Positions 37,385 through 47,317 are shown, counted from the stretch's first letter. The stretch: 64,000 bases of DNA from Dehalococcoidales bacterium (GCA_034434915.1 DAOTYE010000023.1:42-64041); one strand, 5' to 3'. The notes: generated by a model from the letters alone, not told the origin. Made by a program: numbers and translations.

Positions 37385-38597
37385 TACTCACCTCCCCCGG
37401 TCTTTTTTTCAGCAGAGCCACCGTATCCCGGGCGATAATGATTGCCTCATCAACGGGAATAACATAAGCCTGAACGGGAGAATCATCAGTGGTGATGCGT
37501 CTTTCCTGTCCGATGGCGGAAGCGTTGCGTTCGCTATCCAGCTTCAGGCCACACCACTCCAGACCGGAGAGGATGCGGGCACGTATTTCTGGTGCATTTT
37601 CACCGATGCCGCCGCCGAAGATGACCGCCTCTGCTCCCCGGAGCACGGCAAGGTAAGCCCCGATGGTTTTCTTCACCCGGTAGCAGAACATATCAATGGC
37701 GAGGTTAGCTTTGGCGTCCCCCTGGCCGGCGGCGGCAAGAAGCTCGCGCATATCTTTTGAACTTCCGGATACGCCCAGCAGGCCTGACCTGGTATTGAGC
37801 CATTTCTCAACCGCCTCTATGCTTGCACCTTCCCGGCGAGCAATAAAGCCGGGCAGGGAGGGGTCAATATCACCAGAGCGGGTGCCCATGATTAAACCCT
37901 CAAGGGGAGTGAAGCCCATTGAGGTGTCAATAGAGTGTCCCCCGGCAACTGCAGATGCAGAGCAGCCGTTGCCCAGCTGGAGGGTAATGACTTTTACCTG
38001 TGCCGGCGGTTTATTAACCATAGAGGCATAATGTTCCATCATGAAGCGGTGCGCCAGCCCGTGAAAGCCGTAACGCTTGATGCGGTGCCTGTCCGCCAGG
38101 TCCTGTGGAAGGGCATAGCGGCTGGCATATTCCGGCATGCGGTGGTGAAAGGCGGTATCAAAGACGGCTACCATGGGCGTTTCTAATCCCAGCACTGCCC
38201 GGGCCGCCCGGATTGCCTGCAGGGAAGGCTGGTTATGGAGCGGAGCCAGCTCGCTCAGAGCATCTACGGCGGCGATGACTGAATCATCAATGAGGACCGG
38301 CTCAGAGAAACAGTCACCGCCGTGAATCACGCGGTGTCCCACTGCCAGAGATTCGCTCTGGTTAAGTAGATTCTGCGCCCTGAGCCAATTGAGCACAATC
38401 TTGCCTGCCTCACTGTGGTCTGCTACAGCCTTCTGTTCTTCAAAGTGAATGTCCCCGCAGACGAAATCAACGCGGCTTGCGCCGGCGATTTTATCCACGA
38501 TGCCTGAAGCGAGCGTCTCAAGAATGTCAGCGGCGGTCATGCGGAAGAGCTTGAACTTGAGCGTAGAACTCCCGCAGTTAAAAACTAGAATGTTCAT
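37365..38597 (-). CDS. ackA: Acetate kinase
   Basis: 'MNILVFNCGSSTLKF', 'GHRVIHGG', 'GFHGLAH', 'LQLGNGCS' and 'VIFGGGIGEN'. The 3' end overlaps the xfp start by 20 nt. Confidence 0.93.
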   Translation of the reverse strand: MNILVFNCGSSTLKFKLFRMTAADILETLASGIVDKIAGASRVDFVCGDIHFEEQKAVADHSEAGKIVLNWLRAQNLLNQSESLAVGHRVIHGGDCFSEPVLIDDSVIAAVDALSELAPLHNQPSLQAIRAARAVLGLETPMVAVFDTAFHHRMPEYASRYALPQDLADRHRIKRYGFHGLAHRFMMEHYASMVNKPPAQVKVITLQLGNGCSASAVAGGHSIDTSMGFTPLEGLIMGTRSGDIDPSLPGFIARREGASIEAVEKWLNTRSGLLGVSGSSKDMRELLAAAGQGDAKANLAIDMFCYRVKKTIGAYLAVLRGAEAVIFGGGIGENAPEIRARILSGLEWCGLKLDSERNASAIGQERRITTDDSPVQAYVIPVDEAIIIARDTVALLKKRPGEVSNESVQW

Positions 38598-38696
38598 GTC
38601 TTCTCGTGGATTACCCTAGTTAGCATTATAAGCTAAACGGTGTATTGCGTGAAAGATATCAGCCAGTTCACCAGGCAAAAGAACCCAATCAGACTA

Positions 38697-38725
38697 TTGG
38701 TTAATGGCAGTAAATGCGATACAAT
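38697..38725 (+). promoter_or_regulatory. Putative sigma70-type promoter for the SOD gene
   Basis: TTGGTT (38697-38702) - 17 nt - TACAAT (38720-38725), followed by SD gaggaggg and the ATG at 38761. Confidence 0.4.
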
Positions 38726-38760
38726 ATAACTATAAGGTATTTGAAGTAGAGGAGGGTAAG

Positions 38761-39333
38761 ATGACGTATCAGGCAAAGGACTACAGCAGTTTGATTGGCA
38801 TGACAGGGTTCAGCGAGGCATTGCTTAAAAACCATTTCACACTTTACCAGGGCTACGTCAACAATACCAATAAACTGGCTGAACTGCTCAAAAACAAGCC
38901 CAAGGACGGGACAAATCCGGAATATGCTGAGCTTAAGCGACGTTTCGGCTTTGAGTTCAACGGCATGCGGCTCCACGAGTATTACTTTGACAATCTGGGC
39001 GGGAAATCTCCGCTGGACAAGAACGGCAAGCTGGCAAAGGCACTGGCTTCAGCGTTTGGCAGTTATGAAGCGTGGGAAGAAGACTTCAAAGCTACCGGCA
39101 AGATGCGGGGTATCGGCTGGGCTATCCTTTACCAGGATGATGTCACCGGATGGCTTTTCAACCAGTGGATTAACGAGCACGAGATGAATCACATGGCTGG
39201 CTGTAAACCCATTCTGGTAATGGACGTGTTTGAACATGCCTTTATGACTGATTACGGCCTGAAAAGGGCAGACTACATTGAGGCATTTTTCAAGAATATC
39301 AGCTGGAAAGCCGTGGAAAGCAGAATCAAATAA
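38761..39333 (+). CDS. Fe/Mn-family superoxide dismutase (divergent)
   Basis: Metal-ligand contexts are 'KNHFTLYQGYV', 'FNGMRLHEYYF' and 'MDVFEHAFM'. Start trimmed to MTYQAKDY after a strong SD. Confidence 0.8.
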   Translation: MTYQAKDYSSLIGMTGFSEALLKNHFTLYQGYVNNTNKLAELLKNKPKDGTNPEYAELKRRFGFEFNGMRLHEYYFDNLGGKSPLDKNGKLAKALASAFGSYEAWEEDFKATGKMRGIGWAILYQDDVTGWLFNQWINEHEMNHMAGCKPILVMDVFEHAFMTDYGLKRADYIEAFFKNISWKAVESRIK

Positions 39334-39350
39334 TTTTTAATGAGGGGATT

Positions 39351-39701
39351 ATGAGCCAGTGGATAGCAGTGGCAGGGATTGACGAACTCAACCCGGGCGC
39401 CATGAAAGCGGTCAGCGCAGGGGAGAAGGAGATACTTCTGGCGCGGGTGGGAGATAGCTATTACGCGGTGAGCAACCGCTGTCCACATCTGGGTGGGAAA
39501 CTTTCAGAAGGAAAGCTGGAAGGGACGGTGGTCACCTGCCCGCGGCATGGCTCTCAGTTTGACCTGCGGGATGGACATGTCATCCGCTGGACTACGTTTA
39601 CCGGTCTGGTAGCAAAGGTGAGCCAGGTGGTTAAATCACCCCGGCCCATCACCACTTATAAGGTAAAGACTGAAGGAAACGCAGTTCTCATTGAGGTTTA
39701 G
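39351..39701 (+). CDS. Rieske [2Fe-2S] domain protein
   Basis: 'CPHLGGKL' and 'CPRHGSQF' are the CxH...CxxH Rieske motifs. 116 aa. Confidence 0.85.
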   Translation: MSQWIAVAGIDELNPGAMKAVSAGEKEILLARVGDSYYAVSNRCPHLGGKLSEGKLEGTVVTCPRHGSQFDLRDGHVIRWTTFTGLVAKVSQVVKSPRPITTYKVKTEGNAVLIEV

Positions 39702-39727
39702 CTGATTTCAGCATAAGGAGAGACGGC

Positions 39728-40204
39728 ATGGCTAAGAAAATACTGGTATGCCTTGATGGTTCCCGGGTAGCTGAAGCAATCCTGCCTTATGCGGCAGAGG
39801 AAGCCCTCCACGGCGGAAGTAAAATAATCCTGCTCCAGGTATTGACCGGGGCAGGCTTTGTGGTTACTCCCGCTGTGCCCGGCGTGCCCGCCGCGCCGAT
39901 ACCCACGCGTGCCAGCGCGGAGCAGATTGAAAAAGAGGAGCGGGCGGCAGAGGCATATCTGGAGAGCGTAGCCAGACTCCTGCGTCAAAAGGGGATAGAT
40001 GTAGAATGGACTATCCTGCCCGGACCGCTGGTGGGGCAGGCGATTGTAGACTATGCCCGGAAAAACGGGGTAGACCTCATCGCCATGGCGACTCATGGCC
40101 GCGGCGGGCTGAGCCGGGCGGTTCTGGGCAGTATTGCGGACTATGTGCTCAGAGAGTCAGGCATCCCCCTCTTTATCATCAGGCCCAGGAAAGCTGAGCA
40201 ATAA
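39728..40204 (+). CDS. Universal stress protein (UspA family)
   Basis: 'KILVCLDGS', 'DLIAMATHGRGGLSRAVLGSIA' and a 'PL.I.R' tail. Confidence 0.85.
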   Translation: MAKKILVCLDGSRVAEAILPYAAEEALHGGSKIILLQVLTGAGFVVTPAVPGVPAAPIPTRASAEQIEKEERAAEAYLESVARLLRQKGIDVEWTILPGPLVGQAIVDYARKNGVDLIAMATHGRGGLSRAVLGSIADYVLRESGIPLFIIRPRKAEQ

Positions 40205-40224
40205 GCTCAGATTGAGAGGACAAT

Positions 40225-41349
40225 GTGAGAGGTTCAATCCGTATCGGGTCAATAGCCGGCATAGAGCTGCGGGTGCATTATAACTGGCTTCTGATTCTGG
40301 CGCTGGTCACGTGGTCGCTGGCGCAGGGCTTCTTTCCTCAGTCCTACCCCGGCTGGGAGAAAAGCACTTACTGGATAACCGGTTTTGCCGCGGCACTGCT
40401 TCTTTTTGTTTCCGTCCTGCTCCACGAGCTGGCACACTCCTTCGTAGCACGGGCAAGAGGCATGCCGGTCACCAGCATCACGCTGTTTATTTTCGGTGGG
40501 GTGAGCAACATCGCCCGGGAGGCAGAGAAGCCGAAGACTGAGTTTGCCATGGCAATTGTTGGTCCGCTCACTAGCGTTGCCTTATCGGGGCTTTGCTATG
40601 TTTTATGGCTATTGATGAGTGATAAGCTGAGTCCGCTTGCGGCAACTTTTTACTATTTATGGTTCATCAATGGACTGCTGGCAGTCTTCAATCTTTTGCC
40701 CGGGTTCCCTCTGGACGGCGGGCGCGTTCTGCGCTCAATCATCTGGGGCATCACGGGCAACCTAGTTAAGGCAACCAGCGTGGCTTCAGCGGTGGGGCAG
40801 GGGTTCGGGTGGCTTCTCATTGGCGTCGGAATTTTCCAGATGCTGACCGGCAACCTGCTGGGCGGTCTGTGGATGGCGTTTATCGGCTGGTTTATCAGCG
40901 GTGCGGCGGCGTCAAGCCGTCAGGAGACGGCGCTTCAGGAGCAATTGAAGGGAATCCCGGTTAAAGCGGTGATGAATAATAGCTTGGAGACAGTAAGCTC
41001 CGGTATGACGGTAACTGAGCTGGTAGAAGAAATCTTCCTCAAGTACCGCCGCCGGTCTATACCTGTAGCAGATGGAGGCAAAATTATCGGCATTGTGACG
41101 ATTACTGATGTCAGGCATATCCCGCAAGAGCGCTGGGGACAGACCACGGTAGAGACCATCATGACGCGCCAGCCGCTTTATACCGTATCGCCGGAGGAAA
41201 GCCTGACCAAAGCCATGGCGCTCATTGCCCAGCATGACATTAACCAGGTGCTCGTAGTTCAGGACGGCAGGCTTATGGGCACCTTGAGCCGTGCTGACAT
41301 TATTGGCTATCTGCAGTTCAGCAATATGCTGGGTACCAGAAGAAAATAG
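40225..41349 (+). CDS. Site-2 protease (M50) family metalloprotease with tandem CBS domains
   Basis: GTG start. 'HELAHSF' (HExxH) and 'NLLPGFPLDGGR' are present, with two C-terminal CBS-like repeats. Confidence 0.85.
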   Translation: MRGSIRIGSIAGIELRVHYNWLLILALVTWSLAQGFFPQSYPGWEKSTYWITGFAAALLLFVSVLLHELAHSFVARARGMPVTSITLFIFGGVSNIAREAEKPKTEFAMAIVGPLTSVALSGLCYVLWLLMSDKLSPLAATFYYLWFINGLLAVFNLLPGFPLDGGRVLRSIIWGITGNLVKATSVASAVGQGFGWLLIGVGIFQMLTGNLLGGLWMAFIGWFISGAAASSRQETALQEQLKGIPVKAVMNNSLETVSSGMTVTELVEEIFLKYRRRSIPVADGGKIIGIVTITDVRHIPQERWGQTTVETIMTRQPLYTVSPEESLTKAMALIAQHDINQVLVVQDGRLMGTLSRADIIGYLQFSNMLGTRRK

Positions 41350-41390
41350 AAAGCGGATTAAGAAGATTTCAAGCCGTCTTGCGGGCGGGA

Positions 41391-42110
41391 TTATTCTGCT
41401 TTGCTTCCCCGGGCTGAACTGCCGATTTTCAACAGTTCATTGAAGGCGTCAAACCACTTCAGCTTGACCTCTTCTGACCATGCCGGGTCAAAGGTGGGGA
41501 ACTTGTTCAGAACCATGGTATCCCAGGAATTATGGTATGGCATTTCCACCGTTTTTTCTGGAACTACCGAGTTCCCACTTGTCCTTGTGGCAACTTTCTT
41601 GGAATTTCTGGCACCAGTGCCACTACGCGGCGTTTTCAGCCGCTTGGTGATGAATGAAGACAGGTGAATGCCGGCATCACTGGCGAGCATTAGAAAGAAT
41701 TTGATGCATTTGCGGGAAACGTCTCCAGTTAGCTCAAACTGGCTGTGGAAGATTTCCTCCAGCTGGCTGTAAGTGCCGTTCTGGGGGTCAAAAGAGCTGC
41801 GGAAGATAAAGGTAAACGCTTCATAGGCAATCTGTCTAAGTAGCTCTGTCTTCTGCGGACCGCGGGCAGAAACAAGAAGCCTGAGCCGGTTTGTGGGTAT
41901 TGAATTGGCGTCAATCAGCCCCAGAAAACGCAAAGCGGTCATGAGCTGGGTGCCGGTGGTGCCGGAGAGCCGGTCTCCCCAGTAACTGCGGTCAATCCGG
42001 GCAGGAATACCTCCCACCTGCAGGCTGTCCACGAAATTACGGAACGTGCGGTATGAGATGTAAGGAGGCAGACGCTTCCGTGTGGTGTCATTAACCGCGT
42101 TAACGACCAT
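41391..42110 (-). CDS. Hypothetical protein (239 aa), no catalytic motif recognised
   Basis: Clean ORF. The N-terminal 'LPPYISYRTFRNFVDSLQVGGIPARIDRSYW' vaguely recalls an uncharacterised DUF family. Followed by a Ser/Thr/Arg-rich linker and a C-terminal domain. Confidence 0.5.
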   Translation of the reverse strand: MVVNAVNDTTRKRLPPYISYRTFRNFVDSLQVGGIPARIDRSYWGDRLSGTTGTQLMTALRFLGLIDANSIPTNRLRLLVSARGPQKTELLRQIAYEAFTFIFRSSFDPQNGTYSQLEEIFHSQFELTGDVSRKCIKFFLMLASDAGIHLSSFITKRLKTPRSGTGARNSKKVATRTSGNSVVPEKTVEMPYHNSWDTMVLNKFPTFDPAWSEEVKLKWFDAFNELLKIGSSARGSKAE

Positions 42111-42303
42111 AATACCGTCCTGGCAGTTTTAATTATATGGCAACACTGCTGGAATTACAACAGGTGTTTGATAAATATTTTGGAATTTGGTCACGGATTA
42201 GGCGGAACTACACAGGACAAAATTGGACAATCTTTGACGGATGCTTCTGGCACGTCTTATTCTGAATGCATAAAAACAAAAAATGTAAAAGGAGGGAAAA
42301 AGT

Positions 42304-42513
42304 ATGGGACTGGCTATTGAGTATCAGAAGCTGATGACGGAGATTGTCTACATTAATCTCCCTGGGCCACAGGAGCCCACTCCGGGAATGAGTGGCAGTG
42401 AGCTCATGCATGGTTTTCTGGCAGAGCTCCATGACGCACCAAATCCGGAAGTCAGGAACTTCGTCAACCTTCTGTGCAGCAAATGGAACATCCATTACCG
42501 GGAAGCAAAGTAG
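42304..42513 (+). CDS. Hypothetical small protein (69 aa)
   Basis: Strong SD aaaggaggg lies 6 nt upstream of the ATG. No TM segment and no recognisable motif. Located 41 nt upstream of ftsA. Confidence 0.5.
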   Translation: MGLAIEYQKLMTEIVYINLPGPQEPTPGMSGSELMHGFLAELHDAPNPEVRNFVNLLCSKWNIHYREAK

Positions 42514-42554
42514 CTGGCTATAAAATAAATAGGTAGCCAGCGGAGGAGTGAAAA

Positions 42555-43775
42555 ATGAGAAAGAACAGAGTCGCAGCCATAGATGTCGGTACTACTAAAG
42601 TATGTACCATAATGGCTGATGTCAGTGGCAATGGCGGCTCTCCCCGCGTTCTCGGTGTTGGCGTGGCTCCATCTGCCGGCTTGCAGAAGGGACTGGTAGT
42701 CAATATTGATGAAGCCAAAGAATCAATCCGGGAATCGGTGAGAAAAGCCGAAAGGAGTGCCGGCTACAAGCTGGAGTCAGCTTATGTAGGCATTACCGGC
42801 AGGCACGTAAGCTCGGTGAATAACAGGGGTGTTGTTTCCATCAGTCGCGGTGACCGGCTGGTCCGCCCTGAGGATTTGAGACGCGTTCTGGAAATTGCGC
42901 GCAGTGTCAGAGTGCCCAGCGACCAGAAACTGCTTCATGTTATCCCCCGCAGTTATAAGGTTGATGGGCAGGAGGGGATAAAGAACCCTGTGGGCATGCA
43001 CGGTTTCCGCCTGGATGTGGAGGCGCATATTGTTACCGCGGCGGTAACCTCCATCCAGAACCTGACCAAATGCATCCGCGGGGTGGGGGTTGAGATTGAT
43101 GACCTGGTACTGGAATCTCTGGCCAGCGCAGAGGCAGTGCTGACGGAGGAAGAACGGCAGACCGGTGTTCTCCTGGCGGATATCGGCGGGGGTACCACTG
43201 ATATCTGCGTCATTAAGGATGACACTATTTACCATACCTCCATTTTACCCGTCGCCGGGTATCAGATTACCAGAGATGTGGCGATGGGTCTGGGACTTTC
43301 CTTTGAACTGGCTGAGGAAATGAAAAAGCGTTATGGTAATGTCATGCCTTTTGCCGAAGAGGGTAAAGAAGAAGAGGAAGATAAGAAGGTCACCGCTGAC
43401 GGGCACAGCGTTTCCTATCATGACCTGTCAGAAATCATCCGTATCCGCGTGGAAGAGCTTATCCGTCTTATTGTCCTGGAGCTACCGCACGGGGATTATG
43501 CCAAACTAATCCCGGCGGGCATCGTCCTCACCGGTGGTAGCGCCAATCTTCCTGGCATTGCTGAGCTGACCGAGACAATGACACGTCTTCCGGCGCGGGT
43601 GGGCACTCCAATTAACATGTATGGCGTATCCGATACTCTGCGCGACCCGGCGTACGCTACCGGCGTGGGTCTTTTGCTCTGGAAAGCGAAGAAACAGCAG
43701 GGCATGCAGAGCTGGCAGGATAAGCACGGCGTGCGTGATTTCCTGTCAAGATTATTCGGACGCGTCACAAAATAA
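42555..43775 (+). CDS. ftsA: Cell division protein FtsA
   Basis: Actin-like ATPase motifs '[11 protein letters not shown]', 'DIGGGTTD' and '[13 protein letters not shown]'. Confidence 0.9.
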   Translation: MRKNRVAAIDVGTTKVCTIMADVSGNGGSPRVLGVGVAPSAGLQKGLVVNIDEAKESIRESVRKAERSAGYKLESAYVGITGRHVSSVNNRGVVSISRGDRLVRPEDLRRVLEIARSVRVPSDQKLLHVIPRSYKVDGQEGIKNPVGMHGFRLDVEAHIVTAAVTSIQNLTKCIRGVGVEIDDLVLESLASAEAVLTEEERQTGVLLADIGGGTTDICVIKDDTIYHTSILPVAGYQITRDVAMGLGLSFELAEEMKKRYGNVMPFAEEGKEEEEDKKVTADGHSVSYHDLSEIIRIRVEELIRLIVLELPHGDYAKLIPAGIVLTGGSANLPGIAELTETMTRLPARVGTPINMYGVSDTLRDPAYATGVGLLLWKAKKQQGMQSWQDKHGVRDFLSRLFGRVTK

Positions 43776-43801
43776 AACTTAAGAGAAAAAAGGAGAAAAA
43801 G

Positions 43802-44905
43802 ATGTCAAGACAGGCATATGTACCAAGTCCAGCTAAAATCAAAGTCATTGGCTGTGGTGGCGCTGGCAGTAACGCAGTGACACGGATGGTCCGGGACCAG
43901 ATACGCGGTGTAGAGTTTATTGCCATGAATACGGACGCCCAGCATCTGGCGGTCACGGAAGCGGCAGTCCGCATCCAGCTGGGTGAACGGAGCACCCGGG
44001 GACTGGGTGCCGGTGGGGACCATACCGTGGGGCGCAAGGCGGCGGAGGAAAGCCGTGAAGAGATAAAGCAGGTGGTGGCCGGTGCTGACATGGTCTTCAT
44101 CACCGCCGGCATGGGCGGCGGCACGGGTACCGGCTCAGCTCCCGTGGTGGCAGAGCTTGCTAAGCAAAGCGGCGCGCTTACCATCGGCGTGGTTACCCGT
44201 CCCTTCACCTTTGAGGGTACTCACCGTTCCCAGGTGGCTGAAGAGGGTATTATGAATCTGATGAACAACGTTGATACCCTCATCATCATCCCCAATGACC
44301 GTCTGCTGGAGCTTGTTGACCAGAAGACCGGAGTTGATAGCGCTTTTAAACTGGCAGACCAGGTGCTCCATCATGGCGTGCAGGCAATTGCTGAGGTGGT
44401 TACCGTGCCCGGTCTCATCAATCTTGACTTTGCTGATATCCGCACCATTATGAGAGATGCCGGACCGGCCTGGATGTCAATCGGCTATGGCTCCGGGCAG
44501 AACCGCGCGGCAAATGCCGCCAAGGAAGCACTTGCCAGCCCGCTACTTGATGTTTCCATTGACGGGGCGAAGGGGGTGCTTTTCAATGTTGCCGGCAGTA
44601 GTGACCTGACCCTTTTTGAGGTCAACGAGGCGGCGGAAATCATCCGCAAGGCTGTTGACCCGGAAGCCAACGTTATCTTCGGCGTGACGCTGGACAGCAA
44701 TCTCGGGGCACAGGTAAGGCTCACCCTCATTGCGACCGGCTTCGCCACCAAGACCACCTTCGTGGGCACCACGGCTCGGGAGAAAGAGATGAACCGCATG
44801 CTTAAAGGGCTAAGGGCTGATGAGCTGGAAATACCGTCCTTCATGAGGATGCGGCAGTCTTTCCCCGTGCAGAGAAACCGTCCCGTTATGCCAATCCGTA
44901 ATTAA
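43802..44905 (+). CDS. ftsZ: Cell division protein FtsZ
   Basis: '[14 protein letters not shown]', the tubulin signature '[13 protein letters not shown]' and 'NLDFADI'. Confidence 0.95.
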   Translation: MSRQAYVPSPAKIKVIGCGGAGSNAVTRMVRDQIRGVEFIAMNTDAQHLAVTEAAVRIQLGERSTRGLGAGGDHTVGRKAAEESREEIKQVVAGADMVFITAGMGGGTGTGSAPVVAELAKQSGALTIGVVTRPFTFEGTHRSQVAEEGIMNLMNNVDTLIIIPNDRLLELVDQKTGVDSAFKLADQVLHHGVQAIAEVVTVPGLINLDFADIRTIMRDAGPAWMSIGYGSGQNRAANAAKEALASPLLDVSIDGAKGVLFNVAGSSDLTLFEVNEAAEIIRKAVDPEANVIFGVTLDSNLGAQVRLTLIATGFATKTTFVGTTAREKEMNRMLKGLRADELEIPSFMRMRQSFPVQRNRPVMPIRN

Positions 44906-45002
44906 CAATTGAGGTTTTCTCTCTTCTCACCTCTACTCTATGCAACAGGAGTGGCGGAGTGTTATTCCCGCTCCGCCGCTCCTTGACCAGAAAGGAGACG
45001 CA

Positions 45003-45365
45003 GTGGCCACCTCTGAAATGGCAATAAAGGATAGAGTGACCCGCCTGACAGAAGACTATGAGTATGATCGGAACTCACTCCTGGAATTGCTCCTATTCTG
45101 GAGGCGCTATCCAAGTGCCAGATTTAATTTGCTGGCCATTACTTGCGCTCTGCGCCAGGGCAGGCAGTGCATGGAGAGAGCACTGAGTTACCTTACAAAG
45201 CGGGGAGTAGTGAGAGAAGTGCGGGAGAATGATGTCAGGTTATATTCTTTGAGTGATGACAATGAAATACGGCTGGAAGTATTAGCTTTAACTGAGCTTG
45301 CCGGAGTGAAAAGCGTCTGGTGCTCCCACAAGCCCTCTTATGTTACCGGATGCCAGCCGGGCTAG
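45003..45365 (+). CDS. Hypothetical winged-helix-like protein (about 120 aa)
   Basis: Start proposed at the GTG at 45003, 5 nt after SD aaaggag (44990-44996). 'ALSYLTKRGVVREVRENDVRLYSL' looks like a wHTH recognition helix plus wing. The ORF-track ATG at 44940 has no SD. Confidence 0.45.
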   Translation: MATSEMAIKDRVTRLTEDYEYDRNSLLELLLFWRRYPSARFNLLAITCALRQGRQCMERALSYLTKRGVVREVRENDVRLYSLSDDNEIRLEVLALTELAGVKSVWCSHKPSYVTGCQPG

Positions 45366-45415
45366 CCAGCCCGCCACTTTCTGGCAAGCCTGTCCCATAC
45401 TCTAGCCCTCCTCCA

Positions 45416-45440
45416 CCTCCCTCCCCACCGGGGAGGGAGG
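45416..45440. terminator. Perfect GC-rich hairpin between convergent genes
   Basis: cctccctcccc-acc-ggggagggagg has an 11-bp stem and a 3-nt loop. There is no strong U-tract on either side. Confidence 0.4.
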
Positions 45441-45477
45441 ACCATTTTAAGAACTTCACCGCAGTGTTTGGCAATTG

Positions 45478-46131
45478 CTACCGGTCTCTGAGGGTTTTCT
45501 TTGAGTCTGCCTCAGGCACCAGTCTCCCGGCAGAAATAATCATCTTGAGGGCTTCATCCAGAGACAGGTTAGTGGAGATAACCTCTTCATCTTTTACCAC
45601 CTGGAAAAAGCCGGTGGATGGATTGGGTGCGGTGGGGATGAGAATGCTGAGCAGTTTCTCGCCGGAATCGTTTGTTATTTCATTGGTAACGAAGGCGATT
45701 GCTTTCATACCTTTTCTGGGGAACTCCACCAGCACCACCTTCATAAGGCTGGTTTTGCCTGACGCAGGAAAACTTTTGATTACCTGTTTGATGCCCGCGT
45801 AAATCTGCCAGAAAACCGGAATCCGTGACAGAAAAGACTCAACGTAGTGAATAAGCCGCTTGCCCAGAAAGTTGTCCGCGATGGCGCCCGCCATGTAAAT
45901 TAGCACCAGCGTAGCCGCAAAACCGATACCCGGGATATGCTTACCCCAGATGGCGGTGATTACCGGCTGGAGGATATTGTCAACCGTTGAGAAAACCCAG
46001 TAAAGGATAAGTAACGTACCACCGATGGGGATGCTGACGAACAACCCCTCAATGAACTGGTTTCTCAGCTTTCTGACTATTCCCGCGCGGGGCAGTTGCG
46101 GTTCTGATTCAGGTGGGTATCTTATCTTCAT
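45478..46131 (-). CDS. DUF502-family membrane protein
   Basis: 'LRNQFIEGLFVSIPIGGTLLILYWVFSTVDNIL' and 'FPRKGMKAIAFVT' are typical of DUF502. Confidence 0.7.
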   Translation of the reverse strand: MKIRYPPESEPQLPRAGIVRKLRNQFIEGLFVSIPIGGTLLILYWVFSTVDNILQPVITAIWGKHIPGIGFAATLVLIYMAGAIADNFLGKRLIHYVESFLSRIPVFWQIYAGIKQVIKSFPASGKTSLMKVVLVEFPRKGMKAIAFVTNEITNDSGEKLLSILIPTAPNPSTGFFQVVKDEEVISTNLSLDEALKMIISAGRLVPEADSKKTLRDR

Positions 46132-46165
46132 GCGTCACCTCCTCCCTGCTTCGTGCTGTGGTCTC

Positions 46166-47317
46166 CTATGAAATGAACCTGGCTATAACAGTAGCCAAAT
46201 CTTCAATATCTTGCTGTCTGACAAACTCATCTTTGCCATGAATGTTGCTATCAGGACGGATGACTCCAGAGCCGAAGTGCTTTGCCTGCCACTCCTGGCT
46301 GGCGAGATGACCGAGGTTGCCTGAGCCCATCTCACCGTATTTACCGGAGGTGCCGGTGACTTCCTGTATTATGGCAGACAATCGGTCAACGACGGGGTCT
46401 TCGGCGGGTGGAACAGTGGGAATACGGAATACCTGGTCTATCTCCCAGCGTACATCCGGCACTGCGGCAAGTGCTTGCCGGAGCTCCTCCTCAGCCTCGC
46501 CGATGGATTCTTCCGGAATGAGCCGCCGGTCAATGGTGATGGTGCATTCGTCCGGGACAATGTTTGATTTGATGCCGCCCTGAATCATATTGATGTTGAG
46601 CCGGGCTTCCATCATGGTCAGACCGGAATCCGGCGAGGCTGGGGTCTTTGACCTGCGGGCAGACACTTTTTTCTTGAGGTCAGCAAGGGCATTAAGCAGG
46701 GGAATAGCCTTTTCTACAGCGTTTTCACCCAGATGGGACATGGCGGAATGGACTGATTTTCCTTTGACTTTGACTGTCATTCCGAGCGCGCCCAGCCCGG
46801 CAATGGAGACGAAGCCAGCACTGCCGTCAAGGTCAAAGAGATAAGCGCCTTTAAGTGGCTCCAGAAACCGGCTGAGGTAGCGGAGCTGGTCCGCCTGTCC
46901 AATTTCCTCGTCCGTGGTTATCATCGCAGACAGGTCATATGCCAGCGGACTGTCTTTTACATCTGTCAGCCCGAGCAGGAGCGCGGCGATGGCTCCCTTC
47001 ATGTCAGCGGCGCCGCGACCGTAAATCCTGCCGTTTTCAACTCTGGGCTTAAATGCATTCCACCCCTGCGCCGGCACCACGTCAGCATGGGCATAGAAGA
47101 TGAGGCGCGGTTTCCCCGGAGCACGGCGGTGAGCGAGAAGGTTGACCCTTCCCTCTCTCCCGTCAGCATATTCAGGCGGTATGGCAATTTTCTGCGTCTG
47201 GCAGCCAGCCTGAGCGAAGAGCGGCTCAAGGTAGTCCATGATAGCGCCGTAATTCAGTCCGGGCGGCACACTGGTATCAAAAGCGATGAGGTCTTTCAGA
47301 ATGGCAACGCTGTCCAT
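46166..47317 (-). CDS. M20-family metallopeptidase (ArgE/DapE/ACY1 type)
   Basis: 'FYAHADVVP', 'GRGAADMKG' and 'ITTDEEIG' are the metal-binding motifs. Confidence 0.8.
   Translation of the reverse strand: MDSVAILKDLIAFDTSVPPGLNYGAIMDYLEPLFAQAGCQTQKIAIPPEYADGREGRVNLLAHRRAPGKPRLIFYAHADVVPAQGWNAFKPRVENGRIYGRGAADMKGAIAALLLGLTDVKDSPLAYDLSAMITTDEEIGQADQLRYLSRFLEPLKGAYLFDLDGSAGFVSIAGLGALGMTVKVKGKSVHSAMSHLGENAVEKAIPLLNALADLKKKVSARRSKTPASPDSGLTMMEARLNINMIQGGIKSNIVPDECTITIDRRLIPEESIGEAEEELRQALAAVPDVRWEIDQVFRIPTVPPAEDPVVDRLSAIIQEVTGTSGKYGEMGSGNLGHLASQEWQAKHFGSGVIRPDSNIHGKDEFVRQQDIEDLATVIARFIS

Noticed and set aside
42254-42272. Sigma54-type promoter candidate CTGGCACGTCTTATTCT upstream of the 69-aa ORF
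   Set aside because: The -24 TGGCAC element is perfect, but the -12 element reads ATTC instead of TTGC, so the essential GC is missing. No EBP gene is nearby.
45320-45802. 160-aa plus-strand ORF with a proline-rich 'SPPPPPSPPGRED' segment
   Set aside because: The Pro-run is the translation of the 11-bp GC hairpin (45416-45440). The rest is antisense to the DUF502 gene.
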